DNA from: Gemmatimonadota bacterium
GTDB taxonomy: Bacteria > Latescibacterota > UBA2968 > UBA8231
Direction: 5' to 3'
DNA length: 64,000 bases
Assembly: GCA_018672475.1 (NCBI GenBank)
Contig: JABHFS010000116.1
Location: forward strand, 621-64,620
This document shows positions 28,197 through 37,747 of the stretch, piece by piece. The first letter of the stretch is position 1, and each line of letters starts with the position of its first letter. A program made the position numbers and the translations under genes. The notes beneath the pieces are model-generated. The model saw only the letters and a program-made list of their open reading frames with translations. It was not told where the DNA came from and searched no databases.

Positions 28197-28961
28197 ATGA
28201 GCGAAACACTCAATCTCGATCTAAACTATTACGAACACCCACGCGGAACCGGTATCCGCGAGGCCGATTGCCGGCGCAGTATTTTGCATTGGCAATTGCC
28301 GGTTGAGCAGGTGGCGTTGGTCTGTGTGGATGTGTGGTCCGAGCACTATATACAGACTCATGTCGATCGCACGACGAAGATCACGCTGGAACGGATCGTG
28401 CCGGTGCAAGAGGCCTTTCGTCAAATGGGGGCGTTGGTGGTGCACGGACCGAGTCCGGATTGTGCGCGCAAGTATCCCGAGTGGTTGGAAGAGGAGGTGG
28501 ACGAGCGGCAGCGACCTGAGGGCGATTGGCCGCCGGCGGACTTTCGCGGTAAAGCAGGGGAGTATGCCGGTTTTGCCCGACCCCATACGGAGCGGACCGA
28601 GGAATTCGACCGCATCATCCGCGATAGGCGTATTGTGCCCGAGGCGGCGCCCAGGGGCGATGACCGGGTGGTGGCCAATGGCGAGGCGCTGCATCGGTTG
28701 TTGCGGCGTCGGGGTGTGTTATTCTTGTTTTATATGGGTTTTGCCGCCAATATGTGCGTGCCCTTCCGCGACTACGGGATGCGGGCGATGAAGGACCGGG
28801 GTTACGAGGTTGTTTTGCTCGAGGATTGCACGACGGCGATCGAGGTCGAGGATACGGCGGACGATCTGCTATTGTCGCAGGCCTGTAAGATCGACGCGGC
28901 GTTGACGATCGGTTATACGCTGCAGTCGGCGGATCTGTTGACGGCCTGTAGCGAGGTATAA
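28197..28961 (+). CDS. Isochorismatase/cysteine hydrolase family protein
   Basis: ALVCVDVW, GFAANMCV, GYEVVLLEDCT. Confidence 0.8.
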   Translation: MSETLNLDLNYYEHPRGTGIREADCRRSILHWQLPVEQVALVCVDVWSEHYIQTHVDRTTKITLERIVPVQEAFRQMGALVVHGPSPDCARKYPEWLEEEVDERQRPEGDWPPADFRGKAGEYAGFARPHTERTEEFDRIIRDRRIVPEAAPRGDDRVVANGEALHRLLRRRGVLFLFYMGFAANMCVPFRDYGMRAMKDRGYEVVLLEDCTTAIEVEDTADDLLLSQACKIDAALTIGYTLQSADLLTACSEV

Positions 28962-29026
28962 CAGAGGGGTGATTTTACTGCGTTATTCGTACGGTACTGA
29001 CGACTTCATAGATAGGGAGACTTCAT

Positions 29027-29851
29027 ATGATGACGGTTGAAGAACGCTATCTCTTCGATCTACAGGGTTATATGGTGCTCGAAGATGTGCTCAAAGCAGA
29101 CGAGTTGCGCGATCTCAATCAGGTGCTCGACGAGTACGACCTGTGGAATGAATCCCCTGGGCAGGGTGGATTCTTCGATTCTTGGCGGAACGGCGACCAC
29201 CAGGTTTCGGCCGGGCCCGTACACCGTTTTGCCAAGCCATTCCGCCAATTGCTTGGCCACACCCGCATTGTCCCCTACCTCACAGACCTACTCGGCAAAC
29301 AGTTCCGTTTCGACCACGGCCACGCGATGCTTATGAAAAAAGGTGGAGAGGCACTCGCGCTGCACGGTGGCGGAGCGCCGAAGGAGCCCGGGATCCGCTA
29401 TGAGGTCGCCGACGGACAGATCCGCTCCGAACTGTTGGTCGTCGAATACGCGTTGTGCGATGTGGCCGAGGGGGACGGAGGTCTTTGCGTGGTGCCGGGC
29501 AGTCATAAGAGCAATTTCGCCTGCCCGTCGAGCCTTGCGTCCCTTGAGAAGCCGGGGGCATGGCTGCGGAATGTGCCGCAGAAAGCCGGTTCGGTGGTTA
29601 TTTTCACCGAAGCGCTCACGCATGGTACACTGCCTTGGACGGCGGATCATGAACGTCGGGCGCTTTTTTATCGCTATACCCCGGGGTATATGGCGTTTGT
29701 GGGGCGTTACCGGGAGGATGGTCTTGAGGCATCCGATGGCGGTTACCCTCAGCCCTCACACAGCGAAGAAGGCGATTGGAGTCCCGAGGAACGGCGCATC
29801 CTCGAAGCCCCGTATTTTTGGCAACGCGACGACACTTTTCCGGAAAGCTGA
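29027..29851 (+). CDS. PhyH-family Fe/2OG enzyme with HxG motif
   Basis: YLFDLQGY, LHGGG, GGLCVVPGSHK, AGSVVIFTEALTHGTLPW, ERR. Confidence 0.88.
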   Translation: MMTVEERYLFDLQGYMVLEDVLKADELRDLNQVLDEYDLWNESPGQGGFFDSWRNGDHQVSAGPVHRFAKPFRQLLGHTRIVPYLTDLLGKQFRFDHGHAMLMKKGGEALALHGGGAPKEPGIRYEVADGQIRSELLVVEYALCDVAEGDGGLCVVPGSHKSNFACPSSLASLEKPGAWLRNVPQKAGSVVIFTEALTHGTLPWTADHERRALFYRYTPGYMAFVGRYREDGLEASDGGYPQPSHSEEGDWSPEERRILEAPYFWQRDDTFPES

Positions 29852-29953
29852 AATGAGCGTGCTGTATTTGCACGCCGCAGATACAGCTACGCTCATTCGG
29901 TAGACGATCAATGTCGGTATCGCAACGCTAACGCGCTCGCTTTTTTCGTTTGC

Positions 29954-31672
29954 TCAACGATAATGCGGCGTCTCTTTCAGGCGATATTCCAGCAAATGCC
30001 CGCGCGCCCCGATGTAGAAGACGCCCGGTTCGCCCTCGATGATCTGGTAGAGGTCGGAGATTGGCGGCTGGTCGAGGTAGTGGATGCGGTCGGTGCTGAC
30101 GTCGAGTTTGAAGACATCGCGCCGGGTGACGCCGTAGATGTCGCCGTCGGAGCCGGCGGTCAAATGGATGACGCCGTAGGTTTCGGGCACGCCCATCAGT
30201 GGGGTGCCCGGGTTGCGCATATCCCAGCGCCGGATGATTTGGCGCTCGTCAACGTCAAAGGCGAAGAGTTGGCCATTACTGGCCGAGCCGTAGACCAGGC
30301 CGGAGGCGCTGCTGACGGCGAGCGAGGTGATGGCGACGGCTTCGGGCACGGGTATGCACTCGAAGACGCGGCGTTGGCTGCTGACGTCGAATAAGTAGAG
30401 TTTGCCCTCGGTGGTGGTTTCGATACAGCCGCGGCCGCCGGAGATGCTGGTGCCGCCGTAGACGAAGCGGTGGTCGGCGGTGATAGACTGGATCGATTGT
30501 TCTTCGTCGCGGAAGACGTGCATGTCTTCGCTTTCGGGATCGAAACGGGCCATGCCGCCGCCGGGGATGCCGTAGTTGGCACGGCAGGCGATATAGATGC
30601 GCTCGTCGGGGCCGATGGCGTATTCGAAAGGCCGGTTCATATCCTGGCCGAGCTGACCGAAATTGCGCGGGTTGGCCGTGGGGGAGATGCCCTCGGCTTC
30701 GGGGTGCGGGTCCCAGGGTTTCTGCGGGTCGTAGACGGCCCAGTAGCCGCCGCCGTAGCTGCCCATATAGACTTTGTCTTTGTAGCCGATGACGTCGTAT
30801 ATTTCGCCGCCGTCCCAGCCGACGCGGCCCAAGTCGGCGAGCTGGCGGGTGGCGGGATCGAAGCTGAAGATGTGCATCGAGATGATGGTGCAGCCGTAGA
30901 CCTTGCCGTCGGTGCCTTTGTTTAGGCCGCAGATATCGCTGGCGACGCGGGGCTGGTAGCGGCTCGGTTTTTCTTCGCCGTCGACGGCATAGTTGGCGTC
31001 GAGGCGGAAGCGGGCCTGGATGTCGCGGCTGGGCGGCGTGCCCATTTGGGTTTTGACTGGGGGTGTTTCGCTGAGTACGCGGGTCTGGCCGGTTTCGGGG
31101 TTGAAGGCGATCTGGGACCCGGGGTCGCGGTTGATGCCGCAGAGAATTTCGCCGGTCTCGGTCTCGCTGCTCGGATAGCACCAGATGTGCTGGCCGGGGA
31201 TGATGGGATCGGGCGCTTGGCAGCCGCAGTCGCGCCAACGGTCGTCGGCCGGGTCAAAAGAGAACAGGTGACCGTGCGGGTGCGAGCCGAGGTAGACGCG
31301 GCCGTCGCTGGCGATAAAGGGCGTGCCGGCGAAGCGCTGGTCGCTGATGGGCGGGAAACCGTGCGAGGTGAGCGCGCGCGTTTGCGGGTCCCACGAGAGC
31401 AGTAGGTGGCCGGGTTGGTAGAGGCCGTGGTTGGTGGCGACCCAGAGCTTGCCGGTCGCGTGCTCGGGGGTGGCGTTGAACTCGCGGCAGCCGATCGGGT
31501 GCTCCTCAACGATCTGTCCGCTGTCGACGTCGATGGCGAAGAGCCAGGCGCCCTCCTGGCCCAACTCGGCGCCCCAGAGCAGATCGAGGTCGCGTATGGG
31601 ATCATGTAATACCCAGCCGCCGCCGAGCCAGCCGCCGACGACCGGACGGCCCAAATCAAAGTAGACGCCCAT
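29954..31672 (-). CDS. Beta-propeller repeat protein, unknown function
   Basis: Repeated DGrVYxG...lfsFDP blades; GGAG RBS. Confidence 0.7.
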   Translation of the reverse strand: MGVYFDLGRPVVGGWLGGGWVLHDPIRDLDLLWGAELGQEGAWLFAIDVDSGQIVEEHPIGCREFNATPEHATGKLWVATNHGLYQPGHLLLSWDPQTRALTSHGFPPISDQRFAGTPFIASDGRVYLGSHPHGHLFSFDPADDRWRDCGCQAPDPIIPGQHIWCYPSSETETGEILCGINRDPGSQIAFNPETGQTRVLSETPPVKTQMGTPPSRDIQARFRLDANYAVDGEEKPSRYQPRVASDICGLNKGTDGKVYGCTIISMHIFSFDPATRQLADLGRVGWDGGEIYDVIGYKDKVYMGSYGGGYWAVYDPQKPWDPHPEAEGISPTANPRNFGQLGQDMNRPFEYAIGPDERIYIACRANYGIPGGGMARFDPESEDMHVFRDEEQSIQSITADHRFVYGGTSISGGRGCIETTTEGKLYLFDVSSQRRVFECIPVPEAVAITSLAVSSASGLVYGSASNGQLFAFDVDERQIIRRWDMRNPGTPLMGVPETYGVIHLTAGSDGDIYGVTRRDVFKLDVSTDRIHYLDQPPISDLYQIIEGEPGVFYIGARGHLLEYRLKETPHYR

Positions 31673-31740
31673 GTGTGTCTCCTAATTGTATGGTGGACTT
31701 TAGGCGGTTAAAATAGATGTAGCGGTGCTCGCGGGCAATC

Positions 31741-31789
31741 GGGTGGTATGGGGTGGGGTGGTTAGGGGGTGGGGTGGGGTGGTTATGGG
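31741..31789 (+). repeat. G-rich GGGGT tandem tract, putative G-quadruplex
   Basis: Seven G-runs of 3-5 nt within 49 bp, five of them 4 nt or longer. Confidence 0.7.
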
Positions 31790-31796
31790 CGCGATC

Positions 31797-31824
31797 TTGA
31801 CTTAAGTGATCACGCGGGTATAAA
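31797..31824 (+). promoter_or_regulatory. Putative sigma70 promoter of the envelope operon
   Basis: TTGACT-N16-TATAAA, followed by an AT-rich leader, 100 bp before ATG 31924. Confidence 0.6.
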
Positions 31825-31923
31825 TTGCTATTAGATAAATGTGGTCGTTGTTAGCATAATTCTTATAATATAAATTTCGATATACGTTGAGGCCGCTTTT
31901 TCCCCCAACCTCGCTAAGGCATC

Positions 31924-33900
31924 ATGGCTCGAAGCCTCATTGCAGCAAGAGTATTGCTGATAGCATTGGCATTGGCCCCACAAGTCGATGGCTCAGAGAT
32001 TTTTACCGTGGGTGGGGACGAGAGGGGGTGGTCCAGTTGGGGCGAAACCCCAGGAGGTGTCATCGCCTTCGTCGATCGCCTCGGCGACGTGCAAAATGCC
32101 GCGGGCAATCAGGTCTTTGTAGGTGTCGCCGATTCGTTGAGCGGCTGGATCATGCCCTTGCGGCTCAATCCCGATTTCAATATTTCGCTCGATGTGTTTG
32201 AACGCGGCGGCGATATCGACGTGCCGAACCTAGCCCGCAGCGATAAAGACCCCGAAGAACTGGCAGGAGTGCTCAACGGCGATCATCGGGTGGCATACGA
32301 CCGCAAATTCGTCGCCGGGCGCATCGTGCGCAATAATGGCGTCGCGATTCGCATTGATCTAGGCGCTCGCTTCGGCATGGATCGCATCGTCTTCTATCCC
32401 AGGATGACGGATCTATTTCCCTTCGGCAATGAGTTTATGCGCGGCTACGAGCTCTTCCTCAACGACGGCTTGCCGCACAATTTATTTGCCAGCGGCCAGC
32501 CCATTTTCACCTCGCCCGTGCTGCGCGAGCCGGATAATCGCGAGGTTATGGTTGATATGCAGATCGAGCCCCAGTTCGTGCGCTTCGTCGAGCTCAAATC
32601 TATATCGACGCTGGGTTTTGAGGTCGATGAAATAGAGATCTACGGCCGGGGTTTTGTGCCGACGGCCCGCTATGTGTCCAATGTGCTGGACCTGGGGCAA
32701 GAGGGGGTATGGGGGGCGATCAACTGGACCGAGGCGCTGACCGGCGGAGCGGAGAACTCGAAGCTTGAAGTCCGGGTGCGCAGCGGGATGGACGAAACGC
32801 CCGATGTCTATTATCGCTCTGTAGCCGTGAACGGGGTTAGGGAATTGCTGCCGACCGATAGCAATGGCGATACGCTGACGCAGGCAACCTACGAAAAAAG
32901 GCTGTCGGAAACCGAGCGCGGGCCGATCAGGGGGGACGCGGCCCATTGGAGCCAATGGCAACTTGTTAGCAATGGCTCCAAGCTGAATTTGCCGGCGCCG
33001 CGCCGCTATTTTCAGTTTAGCATTGATTTCGCCAACCGGACCCTCGATGCGAGCAGAGCTATTGCTGATTTGGGCTTTGAGTTTGAGAGTCCCCCAGTCG
33101 ACCGGATCGTAGCCGAAATCGATCCTCCTCGTACTATAGTCGGCGAGCAGACGGCTTTTACTTACGCGGCCCGCACTGTTAACGCCACCGGGCGCTCGGG
33201 TTTTGTGCGTTTTGAGATCGAGACGCCGGCTCGGGTTTCAGCGGTCCGAACGGTGGAGATCCTGGATGCGGACAACAACCGTCTCGACGGAGCTGAGTTT
33301 ACCGGCGACATGTTGGAAGGGAATTTACCCGCGCAGGTCGGGGCTTTTGCGATCGAAGAGGTGGCGGACGACCACTTCACCTTGAGCCTTCCGCAGATTA
33401 GCGCCGACGGCACCTTGTTGAAGATTGAATTTGATGCGGCGGTGTTTCGCTACGGAACCCGCTTTCAAGGCCGTGCCTTCGCCGATGCCAATACACTGAT
33501 TCCCTTGCAAACCGAAGGGGGAGATGCGACCTCCGAACTGGATACCGACGAGCTTTTGGTGCGGGTCACAGTGGGGTCGCAGGTGGCCGGCCCTTTGCAG
33601 ATCGAGCCCGCAGTTTTTACGCCAAATGGGGACGGGATCAACGACGAGACGGCCATCAGCTATACGGTGTTGCACCTGCTCGAGCCCTCATTGGCCGAGG
33701 TTGACGTCTACGATCTGGCCGGTCGATGTGTGCGCCGACTCAGCGCGGCGATGGTCCAGAACGGCCGCGTGCCGCTCGACTGGGATGGGCGCGGCGCTGA
33801 CGGAAATCTGGTGGTTCCAGGGGTGTACTTGCTGCAAGTCGAAATTCATTCGGATCGCGGTATCGAGCGGCGTGTGGGTAGCGTCGCCGTTGTGTACTGA
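31924..33900 (+). CDS. Secreted discoidin-like + FlgD/CHU_C-tail protein (paralog 1)
   Basis: Signal peptide; IDLGARF..RIVFYPR; EIEIYGRGF; FTPNGDGIND...YDLAGR...WDGR...PGVY; ends VAVVY. Confidence 0.8.
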   Translation: MARSLIAARVLLIALALAPQVDGSEIFTVGGDERGWSSWGETPGGVIAFVDRLGDVQNAAGNQVFVGVADSLSGWIMPLRLNPDFNISLDVFERGGDIDVPNLARSDKDPEELAGVLNGDHRVAYDRKFVAGRIVRNNGVAIRIDLGARFGMDRIVFYPRMTDLFPFGNEFMRGYELFLNDGLPHNLFASGQPIFTSPVLREPDNREVMVDMQIEPQFVRFVELKSISTLGFEVDEIEIYGRGFVPTARYVSNVLDLGQEGVWGAINWTEALTGGAENSKLEVRVRSGMDETPDVYYRSVAVNGVRELLPTDSNGDTLTQATYEKRLSETERGPIRGDAAHWSQWQLVSNGSKLNLPAPRRYFQFSIDFANRTLDASRAIADLGFEFESPPVDRIVAEIDPPRTIVGEQTAFTYAARTVNATGRSGFVRFEIETPARVSAVRTVEILDADNNRLDGAEFTGDMLEGNLPAQVGAFAIEEVADDHFTLSLPQISADGTLLKIEFDAAVFRYGTRFQGRAFADANTLIPLQTEGGDATSELDTDELLVRVTVGSQVAGPLQIEPAVFTPNGDGINDETAISYTVLHLLEPSLAEVDVYDLAGRCVRRLSAAMVQNGRVPLDWDGRGADGNLVVPGVYLLQVEIHSDRGIERRVGSVAVVY

Positions 33901-33921
33901 GCACAAGCAGGGAGGGAAGAA

Positions 33922-36594
33922 TTGAACACGCGATACGTGATTTATTATGTAGTGGCCGCCTGGTGTGTGGTGGCGGGGGCGAGTTTGTTGAATGCGCAGG
34001 AGGACCTGGGGACTCGTGTTGGTACGGTGAAGCGGGGCGGTGAGGTGGATTTCGCGCCTCGCGGTCCGGGGGTCCTCTTCGATGCGCTGGATCCTTCGAT
34101 GCGCAAATGGTATGTACCTCAGGAACTTTTCAATGAATATCGCTGGTCGCAATGGCAGTATACCAACTACGCCCGGAACCAGTACCAGCGCTATGTCAAT
34201 ACCACCCAAGAAGGCGATTATTTCTACGATATCTACGGAAACTTCGTCACCCGTGGTTGGCTGATTTACGACTGGCAGGAGGACCGGCCACAGCAATTCG
34301 GCAGTAGTATCCTCAAGACCAACCGTTTCAGCTCGTGGTTCAACAAGGTCGTTGTCGCCTCGGACAACCGTGGTCAGTTTCACTATAGTCTGACGATCGG
34401 CGACGAAATTCGTACCACCCTGACGCCCATGACCTTCTCAAAGCCGGGTTTTAACGGTATCCAGTGGGACTTTGCCGCCGACAAGTACGAGGGGACGATG
34501 CTGTTGGCCCGCCCCAGTCGGCCGGCGGCGGCCACCTCGCTCGACATACCCGACCAGAAGACCAGTGTCACTAACTTGCTGGCCGGTCGTGCTATTACCC
34601 ATGTTGGTGACTTCGTTAAGGTCGGGGCGACCTATGTTACGGCCTTTCAAGCCCAGACCCTACTCGACGATTTCAGCGGCAACCCCTTTGCCGGCGGTGC
34701 ACTGACGACCGACCAGAATGCGCTGCCGATTTCGCGCATCATCATCCGCCTATCGGATGATTCACCCGAAGACGGGAGTGGTGGCGCGGCGCTTTTCGAC
34801 GACGAAATCGTTATCCGGGACGTAGATGGCAATGTGACTAGGGGCAGCGCGGTCGGTTTCGAACCGATCCGCGAAGGTGGATTTCAGCGCGTGGGTTTTC
34901 TCGCCGCCGATGGTGACGAGCGTATCGTGCTGACCTACGATTTTACGGATCCTGGCTATCTGGGACCGGATCCTTCGGTGATCGAAGAGGTTGCATTTGA
35001 ACTCGTGGTGTCGAATGACTACAAGGTAGAGATTACATCGGATCGGCAGACCAATAGCGATGCGCAGCCGGTTTTCTTGCTAGTGGAGCGGGCCGAGGGC
35101 AATATCCGCGACAACTCCAATCAGCGTCTGCTTAAATTCGATTACGGTCTGCCCACTGCCAATGTCATCTTCGGCTTCACCTTCGAAGCGAATAAGATTA
35201 TGGGCTTCGATTTCTACGGCGAATACGACTTTAATAGGCAATATCGCCAGTACCCGAATACGAACTTGCGAGACCACAGTAAGGCGGTCAAAAAAGCGGA
35301 CGCTTGGATGATGAATCTGTCGCGGGTCGCATTTCCCTACTTCGCCTTCTTGGAAGGCTACGGTATGGACGACGCCTATTCGACACGCACGTTTCTGGCG
35401 GGCACTTTGCGCCAGGACGAGATCGATTACGAGAACGAACTATCTTATGTCTATGAGTTCGTTGACGACAACGACGACCAGGATCGACGACCTGACTGGA
35501 ACCGCTTCGGGCAGCCGTTGGTAGACAACGCTGTATTTCCGGGTTTTGACGAGAACAACGATTTCATCTCGGACTTCAACCAGAATGACACGGAGGATCG
35601 GCAGAACTTTGTGCCGGACTACGAAGAGCCTTTCTTGCGCTACCACGTCGACCGGCCGGAGTTCCTTTTTGGCATCGATATGAACAACAATGGTTGGGTC
35701 GACCGCTTCGAAAACGACGAGGAACCCGACTATCCCTATCGGCGTGATCACCGCGGCTATAACGCTTACGGCGGAGTGTTTATCACGCCAGAAGCCAGAT
35801 TGACGGTGGGGCGATTGAGTGAGGTGTTGATCGACGGGGACGGCGAGAATCGCAGCACGTATCTGCTGCTGACCTATGACCGCGATTTGGCTGGTTTTGG
35901 CCGGCTGCGCTTTTACGAGAATTTCCGCCTGGTCAAGGACAATATCGCCAACAATCTCTTTCAGTGGGTGCAGCCGGCCAATTCCCGCGGCACCCAGCAA
36001 CGGATTTTCGATCCACTACCTGCGCGCGACACCTGGGTAAATACTAGCTATTTGCAATTGGATTTTCGCCGGGTGTCCCGTCTGAACGTGATAAATAAAC
36101 TCAAGGTCGATGTGTATAACCAACGCGGGCAACAGGGTGAATTGCGCGGGGTGTCGAGCTTCGTCGGTTTGATAAATAAAGCCGATTACATCTTTGATGT
36201 AGGGCGTTTTGAGATCGAACCACGCATCAAGAGCGAATTTGTCCGCGAGCGCCCTTTCCGGCAACGCGACCCGGCCCGCCGCGAGTTGACAGAGACTCTG
36301 TTTCTGATCGCCCGTTTCCCGATGTTGCGCCAGACGATTATCGAATTGGGGCTAGAACTGTCCCACTTCGAGCAATTTCGCGATGATGCGGAGGGCGTGC
36401 CATTGCACCGCAATATAGCGCCGGATTCAAATAGCCGGATTTTAGCGATCCAATTTGCCAATGCCTCTGATTTCTTGGGGTACAAGCTGCATGTGCAGAC
36501 CGGTTTCCGGCTACAACGGGAAACCTTTAAAAACTTGCCTACGAGTACTACCAGCACGATTTTTATGACGGCATATGCCGGATTAGAGAGATGA
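33922..36594 (+). CDS. Large secreted protein, candidate outer-membrane beta-barrel
   Basis: TTG start with GGAGG RBS; signal peptide; alternating amphipathic strands in the C-terminal third; acidic DxDxD loops. Confidence 0.7.
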   Translation: MNTRYVIYYVVAAWCVVAGASLLNAQEDLGTRVGTVKRGGEVDFAPRGPGVLFDALDPSMRKWYVPQELFNEYRWSQWQYTNYARNQYQRYVNTTQEGDYFYDIYGNFVTRGWLIYDWQEDRPQQFGSSILKTNRFSSWFNKVVVASDNRGQFHYSLTIGDEIRTTLTPMTFSKPGFNGIQWDFAADKYEGTMLLARPSRPAAATSLDIPDQKTSVTNLLAGRAITHVGDFVKVGATYVTAFQAQTLLDDFSGNPFAGGALTTDQNALPISRIIIRLSDDSPEDGSGGAALFDDEIVIRDVDGNVTRGSAVGFEPIREGGFQRVGFLAADGDERIVLTYDFTDPGYLGPDPSVIEEVAFELVVSNDYKVEITSDRQTNSDAQPVFLLVERAEGNIRDNSNQRLLKFDYGLPTANVIFGFTFEANKIMGFDFYGEYDFNRQYRQYPNTNLRDHSKAVKKADAWMMNLSRVAFPYFAFLEGYGMDDAYSTRTFLAGTLRQDEIDYENELSYVYEFVDDNDDQDRRPDWNRFGQPLVDNAVFPGFDENNDFISDFNQNDTEDRQNFVPDYEEPFLRYHVDRPEFLFGIDMNNNGWVDRFENDEEPDYPYRRDHRGYNAYGGVFITPEARLTVGRLSEVLIDGDGENRSTYLLLTYDRDLAGFGRLRFYENFRLVKDNIANNLFQWVQPANSRGTQQRIFDPLPARDTWVNTSYLQLDFRRVSRLNVINKLKVDVYNQRGQQGELRGVSSFVGLINKADYIFDVGRFEIEPRIKSEFVRERPFRQRDPARRELTETLFLIARFPMLRQTIIELGLELSHFEQFRDDAEGVPLHRNIAPDSNSRILAIQFANASDFLGYKLHVQTGFRLQRETFKNLPTSTTSTIFMTAYAGLER

Positions 36595-36630
36595 AATCAG
36601 TTCGAGTAGCTCGATTGAAAATATCTGAAG

Positions 36631-36720
36631 TTGTAAGTAATAGATCGTTTTTTGTATACTACTAAATCGTCTCGTCGTAGTGTTCTCGGATTGAACGAAA
36701 GGAGGTCGAAAAGCCATAAT
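36631..36720 (+). promoter_or_regulatory. Candidate internal sigma70 promoter(s)
   Basis: TTGTAA-N18-TATACT (36631-36660) and TTGAAC-N18-CATAAT (36691-36720) in an AT-rich 186-bp gap. Confidence 0.4.
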
Positions 36721-36780
36721 TTAAGATCGGCGATTGTCCGATTGCATCACATTCGTTCATTTGAATTTAAGGAGAAAATA

Positions 36781-37641
36781 ATGAAGAAGTTTCAAGCTAT
36801 TATAGCTGCTGTGTTGATTTCTATGGTGGCTATTGGCAGCGCTTTTGCCCACCAGGGCCAGACGAAGTTCATGTTTCAGTTTCCCGATGGCTTGACCCCT
36901 GAATTGGATGGCGACATGTCGGACTGGGATATTGTCGGAGATGTCTACAAAATTCAGGGCGAAAACATGTTTAATCAGTTCGGGGCGCCGATGGACTTGG
37001 GCGATTTCAACGCCTCGCTGATATGGGCGTATAACATCACGGAGAATAAGGCGTATTTCGGAGCCTGGATTGCCGATGACGCGATCAACGATACCGAGAA
37101 GTGGTCGACGACCACCGACTGGGATCACAGCGGTGGCATATTCCGCGGCTTCGACCAGGGCGACGAGTTTGAAACCCGTTGGGCTAGCTCCCATGCACAG
37201 CGTTACGATATAGCTGGTCCGGTATTCAGTTCCTCTGGTTATTACACCCGCATCATCGATGGTTCCAAAGCTTGGGCCGGGCAGCCACCTTTTCTTGAAT
37301 GGGGTGGTGCATTCTTGCGCGGCGATGTCAATACTTTCGAGCCGGCCGAGATGTTCACCGAAATCGCTCTCACCCCTTACGACGACATCCATCCCGACGG
37401 GGCAGACGCGAGTATCGAGCATCAGTTCGTCGAAGGCCAGATCGTCGGTATCGAGGTCAACTGGGGTGATAAGGATGCCGACCCGGGCTCGTATGACGAT
37501 GCTTATTGGTCGGGTTTTGGTGGCGTTGGCGCCTCGAAGGACGCCGATCAGTTTGGCGATTATCTGCTGGCACCGGTCGAGTCCGACTTGCCGACGGCGG
37601 TCGAGACTAGCACCTGGGGTCAGATCAAGTCCAGTTTCTAA
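36781..37641 (+). CDS. Secreted CBM9/DOMON-like protein with C-terminal TAVE..TWGQIK motif
   Basis: AAGGAG RBS; signal peptide MKKFQ...AFA; PELDGDMSDW; tail PTAVETSTWGQIKSSF. Confidence 0.75.
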   Translation: MKKFQAIIAAVLISMVAIGSAFAHQGQTKFMFQFPDGLTPELDGDMSDWDIVGDVYKIQGENMFNQFGAPMDLGDFNASLIWAYNITENKAYFGAWIADDAINDTEKWSTTTDWDHSGGIFRGFDQGDEFETRWASSHAQRYDIAGPVFSSSGYYTRIIDGSKAWAGQPPFLEWGGAFLRGDVNTFEPAEMFTEIALTPYDDIHPDGADASIEHQFVEGQIVGIEVNWGDKDADPGSYDDAYWSGFGGVGASKDADQFGDYLLAPVESDLPTAVETSTWGQIKSSF

Positions 37642-37689
37642 ATCATACCAAGTGCCGGCTTGGCACGAGTCTTGATCTGGGCAACAAGG

Positions 37690-37728
37690 GGCGGGGTTCG
37701 CGGGCGACCGTGAATCCCGCCGTTTTTT
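37690..37728 (+). terminator. Rho-independent terminator inside the operon
   Basis: GGCGGGGTTCGCGG-GCGA-CCGTGAATCCCGCC followed by GTTTTTT. Confidence 0.75.
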
Positions 37729-37747
37729 CGCTCGAAGGAGACATGCG

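Noticed and set aside
37661-37676. Sigma54-like TGGCACG-N4-TTGAT
   Set aside because: The -12 GC is replaced by GA, it overlaps a small hairpin, and it would fire directly into a terminator
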